A DNA stretch of 64,000 nucleotides from NCBI GenBank assembly GCA_963750165.1, contig CAVVPN010000012.1, forward strand, positions 672,001 through 736,000. Reading direction: 5' to 3'. A program made the translations under genes and the position numbers. The DNA comes from an uncultured Gemmataceae bacterium. Its GTDB lineage: Bacteria; Planctomycetota; Planctomycetia; Gemmatales; Gemmataceae. Shown one piece after another: positions 1 through 9,486 of this stretch (positions are counted from its first letter, which is position 1; each line of letters opens with the position of its first letter). The notes beneath the pieces are model-generated. The model was not told where the DNA came from. It saw only the letters and a list, made by a program, of their open reading frames with translations, and made no database searches.

Positions 1-691
1 GCGGCTGTGGGATCTGGCCACCGGCCAGGCCATCGGCCAGCCCCTGCGGCACCAAATCGCGGTTTCCGCCGTGGCCTTCCGCCCGGACGGCAAGGCCGCG
101 CTCACCGGGAGTGAAGACCGGACGGCGCGGCTGTGGGACCTGGCCACCGGCCAGGCCATCGGCCGACCCCTGCCGCACCAGGACGGGGTTACTGCCGTAG
201 CCTTCAGCCCGGACGGTAAAGTCATCTTGACCGGCAGCGCGGACAACACGGCGCGGCTGTGGGAGCCGGCCACCGGCCAGCCCCTCGGCCAGCCCCTGCG
301 GCACCAGGGCACGGTTTCCGCCGTGGCCTTCAGCCCAGACGGCAAGGTCATCCTGACCGGTAGCGCGGACAGCACGGCGCGTCTGTGGGAGGCGGCCACC
401 GGCAAGCAACTCGGGCTGCCCCTGCGGCACCCGGGCTCGGTTTCCGCCCTGGCCTTCCGCCCGGACGGCAAGGACGTGCTCACCGGGAGTGTGGAGGGGG
501 AAACCGAAACGGTGCGGCTGTGGAAAGTGCCGCGCCCTCTGCAGGGCGATCCCCAGCGACTTCTGCTCTGGTCCCAGGTCATCACCGGACTGGAACTGGA
601 CCAGCACGGCAACGTCCATATCCTGGACGCGAACACGTGGGAACAGCGCCGCCAGCGGCTGCGAGCCCTGGGCGGCCCCCCGGAGGAGTAA
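1..691 (+). CDS. C-terminal part of WD40-repeat protein (5' end outside window; probably a planctomycete kinase-WD40 type protein)
   Basis: Repeated H..V.AVAFSPDGK.ILTGS.D.TARLW units with a 126-bp period (starts at 1, 127, 253, 379); C-terminal 'LWSQVITGLELD...W..RRQRL..LGGPP' tail; frame is open to the window edge. Confidence 0.9.
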   Translation, partial: RLWDLATGQAIGQPLRHQIAVSAVAFRPDGKAALTGSEDRTARLWDLATGQAIGRPLPHQDGVTAVAFSPDGKVILTGSADNTARLWEPATGQPLGQPLRHQGTVSAVAFSPDGKVILTGSADSTARLWEAATGKQLGLPLRHPGSVSALAFRPDGKDVLTGSVEGETETVRLWKVPRPLQGDPQRLLLWSQVITGLELDQHGNVHILDANTWEQRRQRLRALGGPPEE

Positions 692-724
692 CGCCACGGT
701 CCCCACTGGCAGAGGAGAGAACCC

Positions 725-1546
725 GTGATCCGTTCCGCCGTCACCGTCAGTCTGGTGCCCGAGGTCCGTGGCGGGCCGTTCGTCTACTGGGACGACCTGC
801 CCGCCGCCTGCGCGAAGGCGCAGGCCCTCGGCTTCGACGCCGTGGAGGTGTTCCCGCCCGCCGCGGACGCCATCGATCCGAAGGCGCTGCGCCGGTTGCT
901 GGACGAGTGCGATTTATCCCTGGCGGCGGTCGGCACCGGCGCCGGTTGGGTGGTGCAGCGGTTGCACCTGTGTCAGCCCACCCCGGAGCAGCGCGGCCAG
1001 GCCCGGGCGTTCATCCGCTCGATCATCGACCTGGCCGGCCCGCTGGGGGCGTCCGCGATCATCGGCTCGATGCAGGGCCGCAGCGGCGACGGCGTGGACC
1101 GCGATACCGCCCTCGGCCACCTGTCGGAGTCGCTGGAAGCACTGGGCGAGCACGCCCGGCAGCACAAGGTGCCGTTGATCTTCGAGCCGCTGAACCGTTA
1201 CGAGACGAACCTGGTCAACACGGTCGAGGCGGGGCTGGCGCTGCTGAGCGGGCTTTCGACGAAGAACGTCGTGCTGCTGGCGGATCTGTTCCACATGAAC
1301 ATCGAGGAGGCGGACATCGCGGCGGCGCTGCGGGCGGGCGGCGACCGCATCGGCCACGTCCATTTCGTTGATTCCAACCGCCGCCCCGCCGGCCTCGGCC
1401 ACCTGGACTACGCCCCGATTGCCGCGGCGCTGCGCGACATTCACTACAACGGTTTCGCGTCCGCCGAGGCGTTCGCCTACCCCGACCCGGACGCGGCGGC
1501 GGCGCAGACGATGAAGGCGTTCCGCCAGTTCTTCCGGCCCGCGTAA
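725..1546 (+). CDS. Sugar phosphate isomerase/epimerase (xylose-isomerase-like TIM barrel)
   Basis: GFDAVE, EPLNRYE, DLFHMNIEE, HVHFVDSNR..G.GHLD motifs; GTG start after GAGGAG. Confidence 0.9.
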   Translation: MIRSAVTVSLVPEVRGGPFVYWDDLPAACAKAQALGFDAVEVFPPAADAIDPKALRRLLDECDLSLAAVGTGAGWVVQRLHLCQPTPEQRGQARAFIRSIIDLAGPLGASAIIGSMQGRSGDGVDRDTALGHLSESLEALGEHARQHKVPLIFEPLNRYETNLVNTVEAGLALLSGLSTKNVVLLADLFHMNIEEADIAAALRAGGDRIGHVHFVDSNRRPAGLGHLDYAPIAAALRDIHYNGFASAEAFAYPDPDAAAAQTMKAFRQFFRPA

Positions 1547-1560
1547 GGAGACTTCCCGGG

Positions 1561-2007
1561 ATGCTCAAGCACCTGCTCATCCACCCGCAGATCAACGCCG
1601 TCCTCGGCCGCGCCGGCCACCACGCTCGCGTCCTGATCGCCGACGGCAACTACCCCGCCTCGACCAAACGCGGCCCCAACGCCGAACTGGTCTGCCTGAA
1701 TCTGATGCCCGGCGTCGTCAGCTGCACGCAGGTGCTGGAAGCCGTCCTGTCGGCGGTGCCCGTCGATGAGGTCAACACCATGATGTACACGGCGGACGAC
1801 CCCTACGCCTTGAAGGAAGACCCGCCGGTGTGGGACGAATACCGGGCCGTCCTGCGCCGCGCCGGCCTGGCGCTGGAGCTGAAGCCCATTCCGAAGTGGG
1901 ACTTTTACAAGACGGTGGAGACGCCCGATCACGTGTTGACCATCCAGACCGGCGATCAGCAGCGCTTCGCCAACGTGCTGCTGGCGCTGGGCGTCCGCAT
2001 GGGCTGA
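1561..2007 (+). CDS. RbsD/FucU family mutarotase
   Basis: MLK.....GH...VLIADGNYP, FY, IQTGD...FAN motifs; AAGGAG RBS. Confidence 0.88.
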   Translation: MLKHLLIHPQINAVLGRAGHHARVLIADGNYPASTKRGPNAELVCLNLMPGVVSCTQVLEAVLSAVPVDEVNTMMYTADDPYALKEDPPVWDEYRAVLRRAGLALELKPIPKWDFYKTVETPDHVLTIQTGDQQRFANVLLALGVRMG

Positions 2008-2013
2008 GCGGCC

Positions 2014-2856
2014 ATGAACACCATCGACGCACACCAGCACTTCTGGCAATTGAGCGAGCCGTTCGACTACCGCTGGCTCGACGCCCCGGCGCTGGCGCCG
2101 ATCAAGCGCGACTTCCTGCCCGACGACCTGGCGCCGCACCTCCGCGCCGCCGGCGTGGCCCGCACCGTCTTCGTGCAGACGCAGCACAACCTCCAGGAAA
2201 ACCGCTGGGTGCTGGGCCTGGCGGAGCGGCACGCCTTCATCGCCGGCGTCGTCGGCTGGGTGGATCTGACGAGCCCGGATTGCGAGCGGCAGTTGCTGGA
2301 GTTCCGGAACCACCCCAAATTCGTCGGCGTCCGCCACGTCACGCAGGACGAACCCGATGACGACTTCATCGTGCGCGAGGACGTGCTGCGCGGCCTCGGT
2401 GTGCTGGAAAAACAGGGGGTGCCGTTTGACCTGCTGTTCTACGTCAAGCACCTGCGACATGTGCCGGCGCTGGCGCGACGGCTGCCGGACCTGCGCCTGG
2501 TCATCGACCACCTGGCCAAGCCGCGCATCAAGGACCACGCCATTGACGACTGGCTGCCGCACTTCCGGGCCGCGGCGGCGTTCCCGAACGTCTACTGCAA
2601 GCTCTCCGGCCTGGTCACCGAGGCGGACTGGCAACGCTGGACGGTCGCGGACCTGCGGCCGTATGTGCAGACGGCGCTGGAGTGTTTTGGGCCGCAGCGG
2701 TGCATGTTCGGCTCGGACTGGCCGGTGTGCGAGCTGGCCGCCGACTACGCGCGCGTCCACCACGCGCTGCGCGAGGCGGTCAGCCCGCTCAGCGCCGCCG
2801 AGCGCGACATGATCTTCGGCGAGACGGCGCGGAATTTCTACCAGCTAACTCTGTGA
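2014..2856 (+). CDS. Amidohydrolase_2 family, L-fuconolactonase-like
   Basis: IDAHQHFW, GVVGWVDL, GVRH, IDHLAKP, CKLSG, MFGSDWPVC motifs. Confidence 0.9.
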   Translation: MNTIDAHQHFWQLSEPFDYRWLDAPALAPIKRDFLPDDLAPHLRAAGVARTVFVQTQHNLQENRWVLGLAERHAFIAGVVGWVDLTSPDCERQLLEFRNHPKFVGVRHVTQDEPDDDFIVREDVLRGLGVLEKQGVPFDLLFYVKHLRHVPALARRLPDLRLVIDHLAKPRIKDHAIDDWLPHFRAAAAFPNVYCKLSGLVTEADWQRWTVADLRPYVQTALECFGPQRCMFGSDWPVCELAADYARVHHALREAVSPLSAAERDMIFGETARNFYQLTL

Positions 2857-2909
2857 TGCGGACGGACACGGACCCGCTCATACGGAATCGCGTTGCTGGT
2901 TCGCGTAAC

Positions 2910-2955
2910 AGTCCGGAGCGCCAGCGACGGGGAACGCGATCTGGCGCTCCGGGCT
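2910..2955. repeat. REP-like palindrome
   Basis: AGTCCGGAGCGCCAG (2910-2924) pairs with CTGGCGCTCCGGGCT (2941-2955). Confidence 0.7.
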
Positions 2956-3055
2956 GGTTTTGAAACCACTTCTACGCAGGTACGGCGGGTTGACAATCAC
3001 CACGCGCTAGTGTTCAATATCATCATTATTCCCTATCCCTGTTGCGAGTTCGTTC

Positions 3056-4768
3056 ATGACCGTCCCGGACTCCCCAGCCCACCTCTTGCATTGTCCTGGC
3101 TGTGGCAGGCAACTTCGGGTCAAGCGTCAACTGCGGTCAACGGACCAGATCACCTGCCCCGGTTGCCACCATCAATTTCCGGTCGAGGGCAACGCCGCTC
3201 AGGCTGGCCCCGACGACAATCTGCCCCAGGTGCCGGGTTACCGCATCCTGAGCCGGCTCGGCAAGGGCGGCATGGGCGTGGTGTACCGCGCCTGGGACGA
3301 ACGGCTCAACCGGCCGGTCGCCCTCAAGATGATTCTCAGGGATCGGGCCTGGTCCGCCGCTGACCGCGAGCGCTTCCGGGCCGAGGCCACCGCCGCCGCC
3401 CGGCTGCAGCATCCCGGCATCGTGCAGGTGTTCGACTTCGGCGAGACGACCGGCCAACCGTACCTGGCGCTCGAATACGTGGACGGCGGCACCCTGCAGC
3501 AGCGGGCCAATCGGCAGCCGCAGCCGCCCCGCGCCGCGGCCGGGGTCGTCGAACAGATCGCCCGCGCGGTCGCCTACATGCACCAGCAGCGGGTGCTGCA
3601 CCGGGACCTGAAGCCGGCCAACATCCTGCTGATGCCGGTCAACGCCGACAGCCTGAACGTCGAGCCGGATCTGCGCGACGCCGTCAACACCTACGGGACC
3701 GCGAAGGTCAGCGACTTCGGTCTGGCCCGCGAACTCGACCGCGATCAGGGCCTGACCGCCGGCGGCCAGGCCCTGGGCACGTTGGAGTACATGGCGCCGG
3801 AGCAGGCCCGCGGCCGGCGCGAACTGGTTCGCGAGACTGCCGACCTCTATTCGCTTGGGGCCATCCTGTACGAGTTGCTCACCGGCCGCCCGCCCTTCCT
3901 GGCGGAGGAGCCCGGCGACCTGTTCGAGCAGGTGCTGAATGAGCCGCCGGTGCCGCCGCGGCGCCTGCACCCGAAGGTGCCGATGGACCTGGAGCGCATT
4001 TGCCTGAAATGCCTGGAAAAGGACCACACGCGGCGTTACCGCTCGGCGGCCGAACTGGCGGAGGACCTGCGGCGGTTCCTGCGCGGCGAACCGGTGTCCG
4101 CCAGCTCGACCGGAAAGCCGGGCCGCCCAGTGGGGTGGCGGGGTATCGCGGTCGCGGTCGCCGTGGCGGTCGCGGTGACGGCGCTGGCGGCGGCCGGCGG
4201 GTGGTATCACGACCGGCAGGTGCAGGCCAGGGACCATGCCCTCCAGTTGGCACGGCATGAGGCCGAACATACGCAAAACTTGCTCACCTTGTACTCCAGG
4301 CAGGTGATCGGCAAGATGCTCAAGAAGAAACAATTGCCGGAACCAATCGGCAACCCTGGCGGCTGGGTGTTCGTCCAGGGGGAGAAGGCGTACATTCCCG
4401 TCCCGTTCAACTTCGTGTCGCAGATGAACAACCTGGAGGAGGACAAGGTAGCGGGCTTTCGCCTGAAGGTTTACGTCTATAGTGACGACCCGTTCAACGG
4501 CCGGACCCACAAGACCGACCCCTGGCAACAGGAATCCCTTGAGCATTTCCGGGAAAACCCCGAGCAGTCGGAACGGTATGAGAACAAATCGGAAGTCCGA
4601 GGCAGCCCGGGGAATTTTTTCCGTTACGCTTCCCCGATCCTCATGACCCACGAGTGTTGGGGTTGCCACAACGAACTCAAAGAATACCGGAAGCGGCCGG
4701 ACAGAGTTTACTCAGAGAAGAACAAGGTGCGCGGCATCATCGACGTGACCATCGACCTCGATCGCTGA
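3056..4768 (+). CDS. Ser/Thr protein kinase with N-terminal Zn ribbon, one TM helix and C-terminal DUF3365/Tll0287-like c-type heme domain
   Basis: CPGC..CPGC; GKGGMG, VALK, HRDLKPAN, DFG, YMAPE; TM GIAVAVAVAVAVTALAAAGGWY; C-terminal YSDDPF, FRYASPILM..ECWGCHN, VRGIIDV. Confidence 0.88.
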   Translation: MTVPDSPAHLLHCPGCGRQLRVKRQLRSTDQITCPGCHHQFPVEGNAAQAGPDDNLPQVPGYRILSRLGKGGMGVVYRAWDERLNRPVALKMILRDRAWSAADRERFRAEATAAARLQHPGIVQVFDFGETTGQPYLALEYVDGGTLQQRANRQPQPPRAAAGVVEQIARAVAYMHQQRVLHRDLKPANILLMPVNADSLNVEPDLRDAVNTYGTAKVSDFGLARELDRDQGLTAGGQALGTLEYMAPEQARGRRELVRETADLYSLGAILYELLTGRPPFLAEEPGDLFEQVLNEPPVPPRRLHPKVPMDLERICLKCLEKDHTRRYRSAAELAEDLRRFLRGEPVSASSTGKPGRPVGWRGIAVAVAVAVAVTALAAAGGWYHDRQVQARDHALQLARHEAEHTQNLLTLYSRQVIGKMLKKKQLPEPIGNPGGWVFVQGEKAYIPVPFNFVSQMNNLEEDKVAGFRLKVYVYSDDPFNGRTHKTDPWQQESLEHFRENPEQSERYENKSEVRGSPGNFFRYASPILMTHECWGCHNELKEYRKRPDRVYSEKNKVRGIIDVTIDLDR

Positions 4769-4788
4769 GCGGCCCCGACTCCCGCCGA

Positions 4789-5388
4789 TCAGGTGCCGGG
4801 CGGGTCGGACGGCCGTTGCGGGGTGTCGGGGGAACCCTTCGCGTTGACCTGGTCACGCAAGCTTTTTAGCTCATCCTCCACCCCGCGCCCTTTCCCCGCG
4901 GGCGGCGTCGGCCCGGTGGAGGCTCCCGGCGCACCCTCCGCGGCAGCCACCAGGAAGCGCGTGAACAGACCGTCCAGATCGGCGTACGATTTCTGAACCT
5001 CTTCGAGGCCGGTTTCGGCCTGTTTGCTGGTCAGCGCTTTATTGAGCAGCATCCGGTGGCAGCGGTCGCGGAGGTTGAGGTAGCGCGACGCCCCTTCGTA
5101 CAGCTGCTCCAGTTCGGTGTCCTTGAGCGTCAGCGAGGTCAGCAGTGACAGGAAGCCCGACGCCGTGGCGAACAGGGCGGCGAGTACGGTCATCACCCCC
5201 CGCGGCAGCGCGTCGGCGAGCAGCGAGGTGATCGAGCCCGCAGACAGCAGCGCGAGCACGCCGGCCAGCAGGCTGAGCCGGCGGCGATTACGGACGTTCT
5301 CGGTGGCGATCAGCAGCAGCCCCTTGCGCTTTCGCGTGCTGTTCTCGATGATCCGCCAGAGTTCTTCCGTGATCTCTTCTCGCATCAT
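4789..5388 (-). CDS. Two-TM membrane protein, SLATT-like effector domain
   Basis: N-terminal helix, two hydrophobic helices, then A..YLNLRD and ...Y..L helices, the layout of SLATT domains. Confidence 0.6.
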   Translation of the reverse strand: MMREEITEELWRIIENSTRKRKGLLLIATENVRNRRRLSLLAGVLALLSAGSITSLLADALPRGVMTVLAALFATASGFLSLLTSLTLKDTELEQLYEGASRYLNLRDRCHRMLLNKALTSKQAETGLEEVQKSYADLDGLFTRFLVAAAEGAPGASTGPTPPAGKGRGVEDELKSLRDQVNAKGSPDTPQRPSDPPGT

Positions 5389-5589
5389 GAGTTACCCCCG
5401 GTGTCCCTGGCCGCTCAGCACTCGTAAAGCTTCAGTCAGTTTACTAATCCGGGTAGTAGTTTTCTCAACGCAACCCCTCCGCGCTACCGGCTCAGGAAAA
5501 GCAATCGCGGCGGCCAGGCGCGTAACCAGCGCAAGCACGGCACTCCCGAACCGTCCTTCAAGTTGCACGAACCGCTTCCAGGCGTCAAT

Positions 5590-5750
5590 TCTCGACGTAT
5601 GAAAAAGTTGGCGTTCTTGGCGTTCTTGGCGTCCTTGCTGTGGCAACCGCCGCCGATGGTTGTCGCGCCGTGCCAACCGCACGGAGCAAGGGCGCCGCAT
5701 CTCGACGTATGAAAAAGTTGGCCCCCTTGGCCTCCTTGGCCCCCTTGCTG
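5590..5750 (+). repeat. Two-unit direct-repeat element (51-bp units, 110-bp period)
   Basis: TCTCGACGTATGAAAAAGTTGGC...CTTGCTG at 5590-5640 and 5700-5750; related copy in reverse orientation at 17296-17446. Confidence 0.9.
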
Positions 5751-5918
5751 CGACAGCGCAGGCCGCTGGTCGTCAAGCTGTGCTCGTCGCCCCACCACCC
5801 CTGCGCGATCCGCGCGGGAACCGCGCGGGAGCGGTTGGCCCTGGGGTGGAGCGGAAGTCTGGCAACTGCCGCTGCACCCCAACGCCACGTGCGCTAAAGT
5901 TCCCCTGGCTGTCCTTGC

Positions 5919-5947
5919 TTGGCGGCGGCGCGGGCGGCGGTTACATT
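5919..5947 (+). promoter_or_regulatory. Putative sigma70 promoter of the PVC-type heme protein gene
   Basis: TTGGCG-17 nt-TACATT upstream of GAGGTG RBS and ATG 5983. Confidence 0.4.
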
Positions 5948-5982
5948 AAAGTAGAGACTTTCCCTTGCCGCGAGGTGTGCCG

Positions 5983-8900
5983 ATGCATCGATGTGTGGTG
6001 GCGTGGAGCCTGGCCCTGACAGGTGGATTCGCCCTGGTGTGTTCCCTGGCGACGCCGCCCAGCGCCGAGAGCCAGCCGGCAGAGAAGGACAGGAGTCCCT
6101 ACAACCCAAAACTCCACGGCCCCTCCAACGAGGGCGAAAAGGCCATCAAGCGCTTCCGCGTCCCGGCGGACTGCCGCGTGGAACTGTGGGCCGCCGAGCC
6201 GCTGCTGGCCAACCCCGTCGCCTTCGCGTTCGACGAGCAGGGCCGTTGCTTCGTCGCCGAAACCTTCCGCCTGCACTCCGGCGTGACCGACAACCGCAAC
6301 CACATGTACTGGCTCAACGACGATCTCGCCAGCCGCACTGTCGCGGACCGCATCGCCATGTACCGGAAGCACCTCAAGGGCAAGACCTACGACAGCTACA
6401 GCATCGATCACGACCGCATCCGCCTGGTGTGGGACAGCACCGGCAAGGGCCGGGCGGATAAATCGACGGTGTTCGCAGACGGCTTCCATCACGTGGAGGA
6501 CGGCATCGGCAGCGGTGTGCTGGCGCGGCACGGCAAGGTATGGTACACCTGCATCCCCGACCTGTGGCTGTTGCAGGAGGGCAAGGGCGGCGTGGCGGCG
6601 AGCAAGACAAAGTTGAGCACCGGCTACGGCGTCCATGTCGCTTTCCTGGGCCACGACTCGCACGGACTGCGGTTCGGGCCGGACGGCCGGCTGTACTTCT
6701 CGGTCGGCGACCGTGGCTTCAACATCGAGACGCCGGACGGCCGCAAACTGGTGTGCCCGGACATGGGCGGTGTGCTGCGCTGCAACCCGGACGGCTCCCA
6801 CCTGGAGGTGGTGGCGGTCGGCCTGCGCAACCCGCAGGAGCTGGCGTTCGACGAGTACGGCAACCTGTTCACCTGCGACAACAACGCCGACGGCGGCGAC
6901 AAGGCACGCTGGGTCAACATCGTGGAGGGCGGCGACAGCGGCTGGCGCATCGGCTACCAGTACCTGCGCAAGCCAGTGCAACTGGGCGCGTGGAACGCGG
7001 AGAAACTGTGGGGCCTGCGGCCGGAGAACCAGGCGGCGTACCTGCTGCCGCCGCTGTACCACATCAGCAGCGGGCCGAGCGGCCTGACGTACAACCCCGG
7101 CGTGACGGCGCTGCCGGAGAAGTACCAGAAGCACTTCTTTTTATGCGATTTTCGCGGCGGCCCGAACGGCAGCGGCGTCCACGCCTTCCGCGTCGAGCCG
7201 GACGGGGCCTCGTTCAAGCTGGTGGGGGCACATCAGTTCGTCGGCTCGGTGCTGGCGACGGACTGCGAGTTCGGCCCGGACGGCGGCTTTTACCTGAGCG
7301 ACTGGGTCGATGGCTGGGGCAAGCCCGGCAAGGGCCGCCTCTACAAGATCACCGACCCGAAGCGGGCCAAGGACATTGAGGTGGGAGAGGTCAAGGCGCT
7401 GCTGGCGGAGGGCATGAAGCAGCGCCAGCTCGGAGAACTGGCTGGCCTGCTCCGAAACGCCGACCAACGGGTGCGGCAGGAGGCGCAGTTCGAGCTAGCG
7501 GGGCGCCGCACCGCAGAGGCGGCGAAACTGCTGCGCGACATTGCCTGGGAGGCCAGGCAACCGCTGGCCCGGCTGCACGCGCTGTGGGCGCTAGGCCAGC
7601 GGCACCGGCCGAACGAGCCGGTCGATGAGGCGCTGCCGCTACTGAAGGACAGAGACGCGGAGTTGCGTGCCCAGGCGGCGAAGGTGCTGGCGGATCGGCG
7701 GCACTTCCCTTACGAAGGCGTCGAGACGCCGAGGGGAGTCGTGCGGCCCGATCAGGCCTGGGAAAAGGCGGCACGGGCGCTGGAGCCGCTGCTCAGGGAC
7801 GAGAGCCCGCGCGTGCAGCTGTACGCGGCCCTGAGCCTGGGCAAGATCGGCTCCGAGAAGTCGGTCGGCCCGCTCGTGCAACTAGCCCGCGCCAACGGCG
7901 ACAAGGACGCTTATGTGCGACACGGCGTCGTCATGGGTCTGGTCGGCTGCGCGACTGGCGGTGACCTGCTGAAGCTGGCGGACAGCGATTCGCCGGCGGT
8001 GCGGCTGGCGGGCCTGCTGGCGCTGCGGCGGTTGCAGAAGCAGCAGGTCGCGCGCTGGCTCCAGGACGCCGATCCGCGCAACGTGCTGGAGGCGGCGCGG
8101 GCGATCAACGACACGCCAATCCCCGAAGCGTTCGCGGACCTGTCGCGGCTGACCATCGGCAAAGGGACGCCGGACGCGCTGGTGTACCGCGTGCTCAACG
8201 CCAACTTCCGCCTGGGCCGCGCGGAGAACGCCGAGCGCCTCGCCGCGTGGGCCGCTCGCCCGGACGCCTCCGAGGCGACCCGATTGGAGGCCCTGGCCAT
8301 GCTCGGCGACTGGGCGAAGCCGTCGGGCCGTGACCGCGTGGTGGGCCTCTGGCGGCCACTGTCGGAGCGCGACGTGAAGGTGGCCCGCGAGGCGGTGCGC
8401 GGCGAACTGGCCGGGATGTTCACCGGCTCAAACAAGGTGCGCTCCGAGGCGGCGAAGGTGACGGCGGCACTGAAAGTCGGTGAGGTCGGGCCGTTGCTGC
8501 TGAAGCTCATCAAGGGAGGCCGTGAGGTTCCGGCGGCGACGCGCGTCGAGTCGCTGCGGGCGCTGGCGGCGCTGAAGGACCCGCGCCTGGCCGAGGCGCT
8601 GGAGGTGGCGCTGAAGGCGGATGCCGGGGCCGTGCGGGCGGAGGGCCGGCGGGTGCTGGCGAAGCGCGATCCCGCCCGGGCGCTGGGGCTGCTGACCGAG
8701 GCGCTGGACAGGGGCGAGCTGGTCGAGAAGCAGCAGGCGCTGGCGACGCTCGCGGAGATGAAGCGACCCGAGGCGACGAAGTTGCTCGACGCCTGGGCGG
8801 ATCGGCTCGTGCAGGGCGACGTGCCGTTGCCGCTGCGGCTGGACGTGCTGGAGGCGGCGCAGGCGGTCAACACCGCGGAGCTGGTCAAGAAAATCAAGGC

Positions 8901-9381
8901 CTACGAGGCGCGCAAAGCGAAGGCCGACCCGCTGGCGGCGTGGAGCGAATCGCTGGAAGGCGGCGACATCGAGGCTGGCCGGCGCATTTTCTTCGGCAAG
9001 GCGGAGGTGTCGTGCCTGCGCTGCCACAAGGTCAACGGCCAGGGCGGCGATGTGGGCCCGGACCTGTCCAGGGTCGGCGGCCAGCACAAACGCGACTACT
9101 TGCTGGAGTCGATCATCCTGCCGGACAAGCAGATCGCCAAGGGCTACGAGACGGTGATCCTGACGCTGTCCAACGGCAGCATCAAGTCGGGCATCATCAA
9201 GTCCGAGACGAAGAAGGCAGTGCGGCTGATGACGCCGGAGGGCGTGCTGCTCACGATCCCGGCCGACGAGATCGACCAGCGGCAGCGCGGCAAAAGCGCC
9301 ATGCCGGAGGACAATGTCCGCTACCTGTCGCGCCGCGAGGTGCGTGATTTGGTGGAGTATCTGTCGTCGTTGAAGAAGTGA
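5983..9381 (+). CDS. PVC-type membrane-bound dehydrogenase-like protein: beta-propeller, HEAT repeats, C-terminal c-type heme (CxxCH)
   Basis: Signal peptide; WAAEPLLANPVAFAFDEQGR; GLRNPQELAFD; HEAT repeats; SCLRCHKV..GGDVGPDL; SAMPE; GAGGTG RBS. Confidence 0.92.
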   Translation: MHRCVVAWSLALTGGFALVCSLATPPSAESQPAEKDRSPYNPKLHGPSNEGEKAIKRFRVPADCRVELWAAEPLLANPVAFAFDEQGRCFVAETFRLHSGVTDNRNHMYWLNDDLASRTVADRIAMYRKHLKGKTYDSYSIDHDRIRLVWDSTGKGRADKSTVFADGFHHVEDGIGSGVLARHGKVWYTCIPDLWLLQEGKGGVAASKTKLSTGYGVHVAFLGHDSHGLRFGPDGRLYFSVGDRGFNIETPDGRKLVCPDMGGVLRCNPDGSHLEVVAVGLRNPQELAFDEYGNLFTCDNNADGGDKARWVNIVEGGDSGWRIGYQYLRKPVQLGAWNAEKLWGLRPENQAAYLLPPLYHISSGPSGLTYNPGVTALPEKYQKHFFLCDFRGGPNGSGVHAFRVEPDGASFKLVGAHQFVGSVLATDCEFGPDGGFYLSDWVDGWGKPGKGRLYKITDPKRAKDIEVGEVKALLAEGMKQRQLGELAGLLRNADQRVRQEAQFELAGRRTAEAAKLLRDIAWEARQPLARLHALWALGQRHRPNEPVDEALPLLKDRDAELRAQAAKVLADRRHFPYEGVETPRGVVRPDQAWEKAARALEPLLRDESPRVQLYAALSLGKIGSEKSVGPLVQLARANGDKDAYVRHGVVMGLVGCATGGDLLKLADSDSPAVRLAGLLALRRLQKQQVARWLQDADPRNVLEAARAINDTPIPEAFADLSRLTIGKGTPDALVYRVLNANFRLGRAENAERLAAWAARPDASEATRLEALAMLGDWAKPSGRDRVVGLWRPLSERDVKVAREAVRGELAGMFTGSNKVRSEAAKVTAALKVGEVGPLLLKLIKGGREVPAATRVESLRALAALKDPRLAEALEVALKADAGAVRAEGRRVLAKRDPARALGLLTEALDRGELVEKQQALATLAEMKRPEATKLLDAWADRLVQGDVPLPLRLDVLEAAQAVNTAELVKKIKAYEARKAKADPLAAWSESLEGGDIEAGRRIFFGKAEVSCLRCHKVNGQGGDVGPDLSRVGGQHKRDYLLESIILPDKQIAKGYETVILTLSNGSIKSGIIKSETKKAVRLMTPEGVLLTIPADEIDQRQRGKSAMPEDNVRYLSRREVRDLVEYLSSLKK

Positions 9382-9394
9382 GGTGCCCTGGTTG

Positions 9395-9472
9395 TCTGCC
9401 GCTTGCGGCTTAGCGCTCAGACAAATTCCCGACGGCGGGAGGGTTTCGGAGCGCTAAGCCGCAAGCGGCAGA
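9395..9472. repeat. REP-like palindrome with 24-bp perfect arms
   Basis: TCTGCCGCTTGCGGCTTAGCGCTC (9395-9418) / GAGCGCTAAGCCGCAAGCGGCAGA (9449-9472). Confidence 0.85.
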
Positions 9473-9486
9473 AAGGGCAGTGCAGG

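Noticed and set aside
5590..5750. CRISPR array
   Set aside because: Only two ~51-bp non-identical units with a partly conserved spacer; no cas genes or leader
5392..5888. ORFs with repeated SKxAKxAKxANFFIRR peptides
   Set aside because: Translations of the non-coding repeat element; the units fall in different frames (110-bp period) and there is no RBS
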